Positions 1 to 10,030 of a stretch of 64,000 nt of DNA are shown piece by piece. The stretch lies in the sequence record NC_048170.1. One strand, written 5' to 3'. The position numbers and the translations under genes are program-made. Under the pieces are notes generated by a model that saw only the letters and a list, made by a program, of their open reading frames with translations, was not told the DNA's origin and made no database searches. Position 1 is the stretch's first letter. Each line of letters opens with the position of its first letter.

Positions 1-340
1 ACATGTCTTCATCAGACATCCCCAGGTTAGCTGCTGACGTCGAAGCAATCTGGCGGATAAGGGCGATGTCGCTCGCACGTGCTTCAGGGATCGTAGGTGC
101 GATCATGTACGCGGTATCTTCCAGCGTTGCTGAGGTACGCACCGCAATTTCAGCCAGTTCGCTGGATTCGTCGATCGTCTCGTCGGTGCGTCGAATCACC
201 AACTCAACTTCGTCCTCTTCAATTTCTGCGTTAGGATCGTTCTGCTCCGCTGGAATTGCCGCAAGAAGATCTTCGGCGCTGAGCAGTGCGAGTTCGAATG
301 CGTTTTTATTGACGTTATCAAAAAGAGAAATGCGGGCCAT
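1..340 (-). CDS. Internal head (ejection) protein paralog, partial; runs off the window edge
   Basis: Manual translation from ATG at 340: MARISLFDNVNKNAFELALLSAEDLLAAIPAE...IAPTIPEARASDIALIRQIASTSAANLGMS, which aligns with IAPTIESANYSDVALVRNVQESASIALGLPS of the adjacent 350..1690 protein. Not in the ORF track. Confidence 0.75.
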   Translation of the reverse strand, partial: MARISLFDNVNKNAFELALLSAEDLLAAIPAEQNDPNAEIEEDEVELVIRRTDETIDESSELAEIAVRTSATLEDTAYMIAPTIPEARASDIALIRQIASTSAANLGMSDEDM

Positions 341-349
341 GTTAGTTCC

Positions 350-1690
350 TTAACCTTTGGTATAAGCGTTAACGAGAGTGTTGATAAATGAAGTCAGTGC
401 GCGAAGATACTGGTAAGCGAATTGGTTTTCAATACGGTTCTCTTTACCGCAAAGCAGAATCGCACGCTTAACGAGTTTAGGATAGATCTCGACATACGGT
501 TGGTAGCTTGCATCAAAATTCTGCTCGTTGAAGCGTTTCATGGTGATTTCCTGGATACGCTCCATGGTGCGAATTTTATTGCGAGAGAATATCTCAGAGA
601 AAGCACGTCCGCGTTTTGTTACCATCAACAAATCTTTCGCGAACGTCAGTTGTCGAACGCTACGTAATTCGTCAGGTGTTGGCAGGACATACGTTTCTGG
701 ATCGTTATCCCATTCAACATCTTCAACGATAATATCCAAGTCGAGGTAACGTTTAACAGCATCGATGATGTTGTCTTTTGACGCATCGAATTCTTTCAAG
801 AAGACTGCGCCGTTGATGTAGCGGATGCGTTTCCCAGAAACTGTTGGGGTGATAACATCAGCACCTTCCACGGAACCGCGATTTTCCAGTGTCGATTTGA
901 CAGCGTGCAAGAAAGACAGATAATCAACAGGAAGTTTTTCAACCTTATCTAAATGGAAGTCGATGATGTTTAATCCTAACCCATCAATAACTGAATAGCC
1001 GTCCGATTTAAGGAACATCTGATTGAAGGTATCGATGTTGCTTTTCAGCGTGTCTACGCCACCAACGCTGTTACGGTTAGGGAAAAGTGTCCGCCACTCC
1101 GCTTTAAACGCAACCTCTTTATTTTCCTCGTATTTGCCTTTAGGCATTTGTTCGAGGTCTGCAACGGCTTTCTGAAAATTGCGCGTCTCGTCGTAAACAA
1201 GACGGGTAAGCTTCTCGAAGGCTGCTGCCAAGGTCAGGGCAATATCAACAATGATATCCCAGATCTTTTTCATGGCTTTTACAACGGTGTCCTTAAACCC
1301 CTCAACAACCAAAGCTTCTCCAACCTCAACACGATCGGTTGGCGTCAGCAATGCTTCGGAGGGTAGACCCAGAGCAATCGACGCGGATTCTTGAACGTTA
1401 CGAACCAACGCAACATCACTGTAGTTAGCCGATTCGATAGTCGGAGCAACATCAAAACTGATTTCCCGTAATGCAGCAACAGCAGGGAAAGCACGATCAA
1501 GCGCATCTTCATGTTCGTCGATTGCCGCCAAACGTAATTCGACGCCATCGGCATCGATGACTTCAGCGGCAGGCTCCACAGCAAGCGCCTCAGCAACAAT
1601 AGGATCTTTTTCAAACGCCTCAAGGCTGATATCGCCTTGGGTCGCAAATAGCGGTATGTGTACCATGTGTTGTCTCCAGTAATGATTCAA
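350..1690 (-). CDS. phiKZ-like internal head protein with acidic propeptide
   Basis: Acidic N-terminus with SLE/AVE/VVE-type protease sites, followed by the amphipathic helix FKDTVVKAMKKIWDIIVDIA. Paralogous to its neighbours. Confidence 0.65.
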   Translation of the reverse strand: MNHYWRQHMVHIPLFATQGDISLEAFEKDPIVAEALAVEPAAEVIDADGVELRLAAIDEHEDALDRAFPAVAALREISFDVAPTIESANYSDVALVRNVQESASIALGLPSEALLTPTDRVEVGEALVVEGFKDTVVKAMKKIWDIIVDIALTLAAAFEKLTRLVYDETRNFQKAVADLEQMPKGKYEENKEVAFKAEWRTLFPNRNSVGGVDTLKSNIDTFNQMFLKSDGYSVIDGLGLNIIDFHLDKVEKLPVDYLSFLHAVKSTLENRGSVEGADVITPTVSGKRIRYINGAVFLKEFDASKDNIIDAVKRYLDLDIIVEDVEWDNDPETYVLPTPDELRSVRQLTFAKDLLMVTKRGRAFSEIFSRNKIRTMERIQEITMKRFNEQNFDASYQPYVEIYPKLVKRAILLCGKENRIENQFAYQYLRALTSFINTLVNAYTKG

Positions 1691-1706
1691 AAGATAAACC
1701 TGAGCG

Positions 1707-1753
1707 GCATAGAACCCTCTCCCAACCCGTGAGGGAAGGGAGAGGGAATATGT
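1707..1753. terminator. GCATA-flanked GC-rich two-tier hairpin (recurrent terminator-like family)
   Basis: GCATA-GAA-CCCTCTCCC-AA-CCC-GTGA-GGG-AA-GGGAGAGGG-AA-TATGT, directly downstream of the 1769..3091 stop. Confidence 0.65.
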
Positions 1754-1768
1754 CAGTTTATTAACTGA

Positions 1769-3091
1769 TTACTGCTGTGCTGCGTCAGCCGGTTTCTCAG
1801 CCGCCTGGCCGCCGTACTCTTTCAGCATTTTAGCAACGCCATCCAGGACAGCGTTACCTGCCTGAACACCGTATTTCATCAGACCGGTCTGCGGGTTCAC
1901 GTAGCAGGAACGTGCGTCTTTCAGTGCAGACAGTACAGCTTGAACACGCTGTTTTTCCTGAGCGGAAACTTCGCCTTTCTTAGACAGATCGGCTTCCATA
2001 TCGTCACCGAATTTAACAGCGTCTTTGAAGCCCTGGGATTTCTTACCGATGTTGCCTTTCAGCGCCAGCAGTTTGTCAGCCAGTGCTTCAACACCGCTAA
2101 CCGCAGCAGCCAGCTGATTCAGGGACAGGACGGTAGCTTCAACTTCTTTTGCTTCGCCAGAGCGTTCCCAGGTTACTTTACCATCGTTGGCTTTGAAACC
2201 CCAACCTGCCGGACCAGCAACGTCAGCGATCGCCGGAGCGTTCAGTTTATCAGCGTACTCGGTGTGAGACTTAGCAACAACGGTACCAACGAATTTATCA
2301 GCACGATCGTCAGCAGCCTTCATTGCTTTCTCGAAGGTGTCGGCGATTTTAGTTGCGCCGGTAACCAGATCGTCGCCACCGATGTAGCCTGAAACGCCGC
2401 CACCCAGTTTAACTTTGGTATTTTTAGCAGCGCCTTTACGCTTGCCGATCATTTCTTTCAGTTTAGCGGCACGTGCTTTCAGTTTGGTTGCGCCGTCGAA
2501 GATACGATCCATGAACTTCACGAAGGTTTCCCAGGAAGTTTTCAGGAAGTTCTTGATGGTTGCCCACAGTTTCTGCCACCATTTTTGTTCTTCCAGGAAG
2601 ATCATGTTGGTCGCATCGTAACGGGAAGCGGAACCACCGAAGCTTTCGAAGGACGGCATGGTTTCCGGCAGTTTGAAACCGATAGTACCACACAGACGTT
2701 TCAGATTACGCATGTGTTCCTGAGCGGTTTGTGCAGACATACCACCGTCTTTCAGGTAGCTTTCGGTTGCAACAACGGTTTCCGTCAGTTCATCCATGGC
2801 TTCATCCATGGCTTCTGCGGTTTCGTCGTCTTTTGCAATTTCGATAACAACAGCATCAACCTGCTCGATATCACCACGAACTTCGATAGCCAGTTCGGTT
2901 TCAGCTGCGGTATCTTCAGCGATTTCAGCACGTTCGGTCAGTTCAGCCACAACGGTTTCATCCGCTGGTGCAGCATCAGCTGCCGGTTCTGCTTCAACGG
3001 TTGCCGCTGCATCCGGATCGATCTCAGCAGCCAGTTGAACCAGCTGTGCGTTAGATGGATTTGCGACAAGACGATCAAAAATAGAAGGCAT
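1769..3091 (-). CDS. Abundant phiKZ-like internal head/ejection protein
   Basis: Very acidic Ala/Glu propeptide with many A-x-E sites (ATESY, PSFESF), then the amphipathic helix KWWQKLWATIKNFLKTSWETFVKF. Strongly biased codon use. Confidence 0.7.
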   Translation of the reverse strand: MPSIFDRLVANPSNAQLVQLAAEIDPDAAATVEAEPAADAAPADETVVAELTERAEIAEDTAAETELAIEVRGDIEQVDAVVIEIAKDDETAEAMDEAMDELTETVVATESYLKDGGMSAQTAQEHMRNLKRLCGTIGFKLPETMPSFESFGGSASRYDATNMIFLEEQKWWQKLWATIKNFLKTSWETFVKFMDRIFDGATKLKARAAKLKEMIGKRKGAAKNTKVKLGGGVSGYIGGDDLVTGATKIADTFEKAMKAADDRADKFVGTVVAKSHTEYADKLNAPAIADVAGPAGWGFKANDGKVTWERSGEAKEVEATVLSLNQLAAAVSGVEALADKLLALKGNIGKKSQGFKDAVKFGDDMEADLSKKGEVSAQEKQRVQAVLSALKDARSCYVNPQTGLMKYGVQAGNAVLDGVAKMLKEYGGQAAEKPADAAQQ

Positions 3092-3155
3092 AATTTGTTT
3101 CCTTTACAATAAATTGCACATTAGCTAATGTGGCTTAAGTGAACCGTCAGCTCAC

Positions 3156-3686
3156 TTAAAAGCCCTTAAAACCCGGTGCCATAGGTTGCCCAAACACCGC
3201 ATTCAAAGTACATATGATGTCCTGGATGCCATTGTCCCAATGGAGCCAAGTACGCACCATCTCTTCGTCTGACAACGTGATATAACTCATAAGTTTACCG
3301 CTGCTTTCCAGACGTTGGTGTGAACTTAACGACTGACGATCTGACCAGTTATCAATCAATTGACCAGCAATCTGAACGTTCGTGTCTCGTCTACCCGTGT
3401 GAATGAACCGTAGTGTATCGCGGATAAACTCCAGACTGGTGAAATTCAGATTTGGGTTATGGCTGTTCATTTCCACCCAATCGGTGATGGGGTACATCAA
3501 ACGATAAAGGGTAGAAAGAACCTGACGTTCATATTTCCAGTCATCGAGAGGAGTACCGTCGACCAGACGCTGATACAAACTAACAACGTCGCGATCGTAG
3601 TTCTCCTGGCGTTTTACGCCGTTAACCGGAAATCCGAAGAACCCGGTACCGTATAACGTTAAAGGGACGTCACGAAGTGCACTCAT
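3156..3686 (-). CDS. Conserved hypothetical protein of the head operon
   Basis: 176-aa ORF translationally coupled (4-nt overlap) to 3683..4585. Confidence 0.6.
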   Translation of the reverse strand: MSALRDVPLTLYGTGFFGFPVNGVKRQENYDRDVVSLYQRLVDGTPLDDWKYERQVLSTLYRLMYPITDWVEMNSHNPNLNFTSLEFIRDTLRFIHTGRRDTNVQIAGQLIDNWSDRQSLSSHQRLESSGKLMSYITLSDEEMVRTWLHWDNGIQDIICTLNAVFGQPMAPGFKGF

Positions 3687-4585
3687 ACAGCCGCCTCTTC
3701 TTTTCGTTTGATGTCGTAACGAAGTTTCTTCAGTCGCTCTTCGTGATATTCGATCTGTTGCTGGATTTTTGGATCGTTGCCCGCATTCTGTTGCTTTTGC
3801 TTCAGTGACAAAATCCAGTACTCCAACGCTTGGGCTTCTTCTTTGGCTGCTTGTAACGACGCTTCTTCACGTTCGCTGCGCCAGATGCGATAACGGTAAA
3901 TAAGCGTGTTGGTCATTTGAGTGTCGGACCATGAGCCCATACGCATCGGGTCAGTATTACCCGCGTTGTATAAGCCATTACCAACACCGTCTTCATCAGA
4001 AACCACAACATCCGGGATTTTATCCAACCCAGCAAGGATCTGTTGTTTCTGTCCACACAGCACCTCGGTGGCAATGGCGAAACCGTACATGTTGGCGGTT
4101 AGGTAAGCAATCTCGTTTTTGGTGAAGAACTCACCAAGTGCTTTATCACCACCCGGCATGCTTTCGCAGATGACCGTCGCACGAAGCAGCGTACGAGCGT
4201 AGCTAACGTAGAAGCCCAGGGACTCAACAAGACGTACCAGAGCGGCTTCTTTGAAACTCAGACCGTCGGCAGCAACATCGATTTCCAGGTTTTTGTTAAC
4301 ACGTTTAACAATTTCTGGAATCAGATCAACAGCATTACGTAGCGCTAAGTGAACGTTTTCTACCCAGCTTCCAGAGCGAACGCGGGTTAAACGCTGGTGC
4401 AGATCCTTATCAGCAAGTTTCCATAAGGCGCTTTCCCCTTTTTGGAGAAGCGAAGCGGATGTCTCGTAGTAAGGAATCGCGGTGTTGTTGATTTCGTCAC
4501 GGATTGATTCAAGTGCGTCAGCAACACCGGTGCGTTTAAAAAGCGGTTTCAAACCGCGAATGAATTCTTTAAAATCAATTGCCAT
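3683..4585 (-). CDS. Putative virion structural protein
   Basis: 300 aa with a C-terminal coiled coil; lies within the structural cluster. Confidence 0.55.
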   Translation of the reverse strand: MAIDFKEFIRGLKPLFKRTGVADALESIRDEINNTAIPYYETSASLLQKGESALWKLADKDLHQRLTRVRSGSWVENVHLALRNAVDLIPEIVKRVNKNLEIDVAADGLSFKEAALVRLVESLGFYVSYARTLLRATVICESMPGGDKALGEFFTKNEIAYLTANMYGFAIATEVLCGQKQQILAGLDKIPDVVVSDEDGVGNGLYNAGNTDPMRMGSWSDTQMTNTLIYRYRIWRSEREEASLQAAKEEAQALEYWILSLKQKQQNAGNDPKIQQQIEYHEERLKKLRYDIKRKEEAAV

Positions 4586-4624
4586 GAGTGAGCACCTATG
4601 CTATTTCGAAACAGGTTACGTGTA

Positions 4625-5731
4625 TTAACGAATCTGTGGGACGTTTCCGGTACGGAGCGCCTGGAGGATCGTCAGAAGATCGGAACCCGAAGTTGACGAA
4701 CTGTTGGATTTTTCCAGTTGCTTGAAGCTTACGGTGGTCCCTTGATCCAAGCTGTGGAAATAGAAGGTCACCATCTCTTCAGCTTCGTCGATGATGATCA
4801 ACTGCATTGCGAGGGCTTCAGCCATGACTTTCTGACGTGTGGTATAGTCAGATAAACGACGTCCGATCTTACGCTCGATGGCTTCCTGGTTAGCCTTAGA
4901 GATGATATAGGTGGAGGCGATTGCTCCAGAAGAAGGGATCTTTGTGCTCGCTGCAGCTTTTGCGGCATTGATGCGCGCAGCATTAACAGCCTTGCGGATA
5001 CCCTCTTTATCCATGCGTGAGATTCGTTTATGTTCACGAACCAGATCGCTAAGCAGGATCATATCGCTCCAGAAAGACAGCTCACCAGCCATCATGCGAT
5101 GCCAACGTGCTCGCCAGGTGTTCTGTGGGCCACCGATCGCTAAAATCGATGCAAGCACTTCCGCTGGAGAGCTTGCAATACGCATGCTGATGTTCAACGG
5201 CATTTTCATCGTTGCCTGACCATCGGTCAGCGTCACGGTTAAGAACTTGCCGGTGACCGCGTTCGCATCTTTGTTCAGCAATTCGATCGCCGCGTCGCTA
5301 GCTCCAACATCGAGGCTATTTTTTTGTTTCCCCTGCAGGTTGAATCCTTTGTCATCAAGGAAAACAAGGCTTTTGCTATCCGCACTTTCCAGCGCTAATT
5401 TGATAGCCTTATCCGTCAGATTAGCATTACGATTTGGGTTCACACGACCCAGCGTTTTATCTACACTGATGTTACCCACCTGCATGATGGTATTCAACGC
5501 CAGTAAATAGAACCCGGTATACATGTTTTCAGCGGTGCGCATGCAGTTGCCTAACGCATTGCGTGCGTCGCTATAATACAACTCACGTTCAAAGATCAAC
5601 GGCGCGATAACGCGTGAAGGTTGTGAGAGTTCAACCAGCGAACCTGGCTGGATAAGTTTATTAACTTCGTAGACTTTAGCGATACCGGACGCAACAACGT
5701 TAACAGCGTCGGCAATTTCTGATGCTACCAT
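4625..5731 (-). CDS. Putative virion structural (head) protein
   Basis: 368 aa with an ALES cleavage-type motif; structural cluster context. Confidence 0.55.
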   Translation of the reverse strand: MVASEIADAVNVVASGIAKVYEVNKLIQPGSLVELSQPSRVIAPLIFERELYYSDARNALGNCMRTAENMYTGFYLLALNTIMQVGNISVDKTLGRVNPNRNANLTDKAIKLALESADSKSLVFLDDKGFNLQGKQKNSLDVGASDAAIELLNKDANAVTGKFLTVTLTDGQATMKMPLNISMRIASSPAEVLASILAIGGPQNTWRARWHRMMAGELSFWSDMILLSDLVREHKRISRMDKEGIRKAVNAARINAAKAAASTKIPSSGAIASTYIISKANQEAIERKIGRRLSDYTTRQKVMAEALAMQLIIIDEAEEMVTFYFHSLDQGTTVSFKQLEKSNSSSTSGSDLLTILQALRTGNVPQIR

Positions 5732-5765
5732 ATTGAAATCCTTATTTACAAATAAAGGAAAGAAA

Positions 5766-6971
5766 ATGTCTAATTACTACGACCAAGCTATTCAAACCAT
5801 TCAGGAGAATAATGCGTCGTTAACACCCGAAGCTGTGGAGGCAGCGGGCAATGCGGTGTTATTCACTGATTCGGATTGGGCAATAGCGCGGAAGAATATT
5901 CGTACCAGTGTCGGTCAAGGGACATACGAGGACAGTATCGCCAGACGGTATCGGAACGTGTCACCTATTCCAGGTAACAGCCCGATCCCGATTAACCGCG
6001 ATCATTCCGGTATTACCTTCTTTACACGACCTAATTTACATCTTACCGACGCGAACTTAAAACGAGATCGACGTTTGTGGTCGTTACGCACGGATAACCC
6101 TAACAGTATTCAGGCTGTTGTCCGCGACTACTTGGACCCTGTGGGTGCCAGAAAGCGGAACCATCGAGGACGTGCCATCGTCGATGAGCGCAATCCATTC
6201 ATAAGTATACTGACGGACAACCTGACGGATATCAGCGGTTTCAATGACATGGAAATGCAGGTCTATCAGGGTAAACCGGGATTACGCCAAGAAACCGTTG
6301 TGATGGCTGACGGTTCAGTGGATATGTTTCAACCCTATAACCTGAACGCGACGTTCAAGAACATCATGGGTAACCCCATCATGTTCCTTCATTATATTTG
6401 GTTGATTTACATCGCTGGTGTGCATAATGGCGAACTGACGCCAAGCCCTCAGGCCATCATTGATAATGAAATGGATTACTGGACAAGATGTTATCGTATC
6501 ATCTTGGATCCGACTGGGATGTATGTTCGTTATATCTTCGCGCCGACCGCGATGTTTCCGGTTGGGCTACCGATTGGTAATATGGCCAACTACAGCATCG
6601 ATAAACCCTTCACGCAAGATAACGAACGTATCACTATTCCATACCAAGCGGTTGGTAACAACGCATTTGATGAGATTCTGAAGGATGAATTCAATCGACT
6701 TGTCCTGATGTTCTATTACGGTGAGAACGATACCCGTACGTTCCTTGAAGATGAGGAGTTGGTACCTATCTCACCCTACGAGCGTCGAATCATGTCGTAT
6801 CGTGTCGATATGTATCCATTTATTCATCCGTTGACCTCAGAGCTTCTTTGGTTCGTACCCGCTGATGATTACAACGAATTCTATCTGGACCTTGAGCCGT
6901 CGGCGTTACCACCGGATACGTTCAGTCGCGATCTTGTCCGTACCACCATTCCGCAAAATTACGAGGGATAA
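5766..6971 (+). CDS. Putative virion structural protein (baseplate/tail-associated)
   Basis: Start moved to ATG 5766 after an AAAGGA RBS. Divergent two-gene unit with 6975..9968, an arrangement I recall as typical of phiKZ-like phages. Confidence 0.55.
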   Translation: MSNYYDQAIQTIQENNASLTPEAVEAAGNAVLFTDSDWAIARKNIRTSVGQGTYEDSIARRYRNVSPIPGNSPIPINRDHSGITFFTRPNLHLTDANLKRDRRLWSLRTDNPNSIQAVVRDYLDPVGARKRNHRGRAIVDERNPFISILTDNLTDISGFNDMEMQVYQGKPGLRQETVVMADGSVDMFQPYNLNATFKNIMGNPIMFLHYIWLIYIAGVHNGELTPSPQAIIDNEMDYWTRCYRIILDPTGMYVRYIFAPTAMFPVGLPIGNMANYSIDKPFTQDNERITIPYQAVGNNAFDEILKDEFNRLVLMFYYGENDTRTFLEDEELVPISPYERRIMSYRVDMYPFIHPLTSELLWFVPADDYNEFYLDLEPSALPPDTFSRDLVRTTIPQNYEG

Positions 6972-6974
6972 TAA

Positions 6975-9968
6975 ATGAGCGTAACCAACAAAGATCTTGC
7001 TGAACAGCTCAATCGCTATATGCTTTCACCTATTGAAATGCAGGCTGTTGCAAGCGATATGATCCGTTTGGCTTCTGATGGTGAATTAACCCTGGTTGAC
7101 CCCAGCTGTCCGTTTGTTTATCTGCTGGAGGTTGCAACGGCGACGGCGGCGAACCAGAACGCACGGGATGAATCCCGTGTTCGCGAACTGTATCCGAAGC
7201 TCGCAACGAACTGGAACCAGCTCTATCGTTGGATGTATGATGAGTCGTACGTTGGACGTTTCGCAATGCCGGGTAAAACGGAAATCATCTATTCGTTAGG
7301 GTATCAGGAAATCCTCGATCGCGCTGTAGAGATTCCCAACACCATCGCCTCCGATGATTTAAGCCGTTCTTACAGCCGTAAGTTAGTGATACCACGTACG
7401 ACGGCGTTTACGGTGGCTGGAATGGATTTCGGGTTGCATTATCCCATCGAAATCCAAGTACAAGCGCACGACCAGATCCGCGTCGTTTATAACACCGATA
7501 ACATCAGCCCATTGCAAACCTTGGAGAGTAACCAGGTTGAGTACGGGGTTGTTCGTGTAAAAGCGGGTAAAGTGTTGGTGATGCGTATTCCGCTGTTCCA
7601 GTTTAAAACACTGGTAAAAGATGTGCCGTTTAACAGCGTTCACGGGATGAACAGCAGCATTACCTTCGAAGATCAGTTTTACCATTGTCGTGCGTACATG
7701 TCGTCGGATAACGATACCTGGACGGAGATAGCGACAACACACAGTCAGCAGATCTACGATCCGTTAACACCAACCATCGCGTTACAAGTAGAAGGGAACA
7801 AACTTAACTGGCGTGTTCCTGAAATTTATTTGTCTCAAGGTACGATGGATAAAAGCACCATTCGACTTGAGGTGTTGACGACGAAAGGGAAAATCAGCGT
7901 CGACCCGTCTGATTACGACGTGACCGATTGGAAAGATAACTACATCGATTTGTCACCAAAAGCTGAACAGAAATACAGCGCGCCGCTAAGCGCATTCAAC
8001 ATTAAAGGGATTTATAGCGAAGGGGCATTGTCGGGTGGACGATCTGCATTAACGTTCGAGGAACAACGTGAACGTGTTATGGCGGGTGTGAACAAAACCA
8101 AGGTACCGATCACGGGAACGCAGGTAGAGCTGGTGCTTCAAGATGCGGGTTATGGGATGGTGACCACCATCGACAACGTAACCAATCGTTCGTTCCTGGC
8201 AACCCGAGATTTACCGCAATTGAGCGACAGCGTGCCGCAAGCCGGTTCGTTGATGGGGTCTTTCTATACGTCAGCTGCAGCATTGGTGAAAAGTAAGTTT
8301 GTCGCCGATAACGGCGATCGTATTACAATTAAACCTGACTGCCTGTATCGCGACAGTAACGGAAGTATCACGCTGTTGTCGGACGATGAAATTGACCGTA
8401 TTAATGCAGGCAACTCCGATGCGAAGTTGAACGCGGTAAACAACGCCATGTTGTTCTACAGTCCGTTTCATTACGTATTAGATGCAACAAGCGATTTCGA
8501 CATCCATGCTTATTACCTGGATGCCCCTAAGATCGGCACACAAGCATTCCTCGACGCGAACGAGACGATCCCGTTAACCGCTATGGTGACCGGATACCGT
8601 CTGGATCGTATCGCTGAAGGATATCGTCTAAGCCTCATTGTAGAAGGTAACGACGCATGGAAGGCGCTCGACGATAAAAACGTGCACATCCAGCTGGGAT
8701 TCAATCCGCGGGGTGAGGGTGATTATGCGACGATGCTGGCGTCACCGACAACCGATGAACAAGGTCGTCGTTTGTTCACCTTCGATATCACCACGAATTA
8801 CGATTTTACACGAATCCTGGCCGATGATTCCACGGCGTATGAACCGTATATCGCATTGACTTCGTTCTCGATGTATGAATCAACACCGCGGGATTATTGG
8901 GCATCACTGCAGCAGTATTTGGAAATCTTCCATGTGGTGACGGATTACGCGCCTGAAGATGTCGACGGTATCTTACACAGCGCTTCCGATAATTACCTGG
9001 TTAAGAAACTCACGCTTCAAAATGGGTATTGTTTCTACCGTGAACGTCTCACCGCAACCTTTGGTTATGATCTGGATGGTCTTTGGATGCGTTCTCGTAC
9101 GGTGGCCTCGGAGATCACGTATAAACGTTACACCGAGAACATTCCGTGGGTGTATGATGAAGATATCCCAGCGACGGATGAGACCGGTTCTGTTATCATT
9201 GAGCCGGGTGACGATGGTACGTTGTCGGTTAAATATCTGCATCGTAAAGGAGATCCGAAATTAAACAGTGATGGGAGCCAAGCCTATCGTTATCTGAAAG
9301 GCGACATCATGAAAGATAATTACGGTAATCCGATCCCCGTCGATGAACGTGAGGTTCTGCGTAACCTGGATATGTTCTTTATTGATGCATCGTATCTGTT
9401 AGCGAACGATACAGACGTGATTGAGTATCGTAATGCGATTCCTACGCAGCTTATCGAATGGATCCAGAACGATATCGACACGTTCAGGAATTTCTGTTAT
9501 GAAGAAACAGAGATTTCATTGTATCCTAAGCAATCGCTGGGGTATGTGGATGTTATTGTGGAAAACGGATTGGAAACGACGCTTCCTGCTGCCCTATCGT
9601 TCAACGTGACGCTGTACTTACCAGCTAAGCAATACGCTGACCTGGATTTACGTCAGGTCCTTCAAGCGATGGTATCGAAAGTCATCAATGAATGCTTAAC
9701 ATCCCGTACAGTGGCGAAAGCAGAAATGATCGCGATGATTCGTGAGGAGGGCGGTGACGACATCCTTAACGTTGAAATCGATGATTTTGGACCAGGTAAG
9801 AACCTCAGTGTTTATACCGCGAAGAACGATGGTGTTCGTTGTGCGGTGAAGAAAGAGCTTTATGTTAAAGCGGATGGTATCTTGTCCGTACGTGAAGCGA
9901 TCGATGTAAGTTTTGTGAAACATGCACAAAGCAACAGCACAGCGTTAGCGCAAGGCCTCCGTGTCTAA
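6975..9968 (+). CDS. Large virion structural protein, probable baseplate wedge component
   Basis: 997 aa. N-terminal DPSCPFVYLLE...LYPKLA and internal LSGGRSALTFEEQRERV resemble baseplate J/gp6-like signatures. Confidence 0.5.
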   Translation: MSVTNKDLAEQLNRYMLSPIEMQAVASDMIRLASDGELTLVDPSCPFVYLLEVATATAANQNARDESRVRELYPKLATNWNQLYRWMYDESYVGRFAMPGKTEIIYSLGYQEILDRAVEIPNTIASDDLSRSYSRKLVIPRTTAFTVAGMDFGLHYPIEIQVQAHDQIRVVYNTDNISPLQTLESNQVEYGVVRVKAGKVLVMRIPLFQFKTLVKDVPFNSVHGMNSSITFEDQFYHCRAYMSSDNDTWTEIATTHSQQIYDPLTPTIALQVEGNKLNWRVPEIYLSQGTMDKSTIRLEVLTTKGKISVDPSDYDVTDWKDNYIDLSPKAEQKYSAPLSAFNIKGIYSEGALSGGRSALTFEEQRERVMAGVNKTKVPITGTQVELVLQDAGYGMVTTIDNVTNRSFLATRDLPQLSDSVPQAGSLMGSFYTSAAALVKSKFVADNGDRITIKPDCLYRDSNGSITLLSDDEIDRINAGNSDAKLNAVNNAMLFYSPFHYVLDATSDFDIHAYYLDAPKIGTQAFLDANETIPLTAMVTGYRLDRIAEGYRLSLIVEGNDAWKALDDKNVHIQLGFNPRGEGDYATMLASPTTDEQGRRLFTFDITTNYDFTRILADDSTAYEPYIALTSFSMYESTPRDYWASLQQYLEIFHVVTDYAPEDVDGILHSASDNYLVKKLTLQNGYCFYRERLTATFGYDLDGLWMRSRTVASEITYKRYTENIPWVYDEDIPATDETGSVIIEPGDDGTLSVKYLHRKGDPKLNSDGSQAYRYLKGDIMKDNYGNPIPVDEREVLRNLDMFFIDASYLLANDTDVIEYRNAIPTQLIEWIQNDIDTFRNFCYEETEISLYPKQSLGYVDVIVENGLETTLPAALSFNVTLYLPAKQYADLDLRQVLQAMVSKVINECLTSRTVAKAEMIAMIREEGGDDILNVEIDDFGPGKNLSVYTAKNDGVRCAVKKELYVKADGILSVREAIDVSFVKHAQSNSTALAQGLRV

Positions 9969-9982
9969 AACAAAATAGCGTG

Positions 9983-10029
9983 AGCATAACCCTCCTCCAA
10001 CCCGTAAGGGAAGGAGGAGGGAATATGCT
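9983..10029. terminator. Bidirectional GC-rich hairpin between convergent genes
   Basis: AGCATA-A-CCCTCCTCC-AA-CCC-GTAA-GGG-AA-GGAGGAGGG-AA-TATGCT. Confidence 0.7.
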
Positions 10030-10030
10030 G

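Noticed and set aside
3-3112. Long plus-strand ORFs (3..353, 1940..2392, 2585..3112 and others)
   Set aside because: These are antisense shadows of strongly codon-biased minus-strand head genes, with no RBS or motifs.
9983-9993. AGCATAACCC resembles the start of the T7 T-phi terminator
   Set aside because: A short match only. The stem and tail differ and no T7-like RNAP is present, so it is treated as coincidence.
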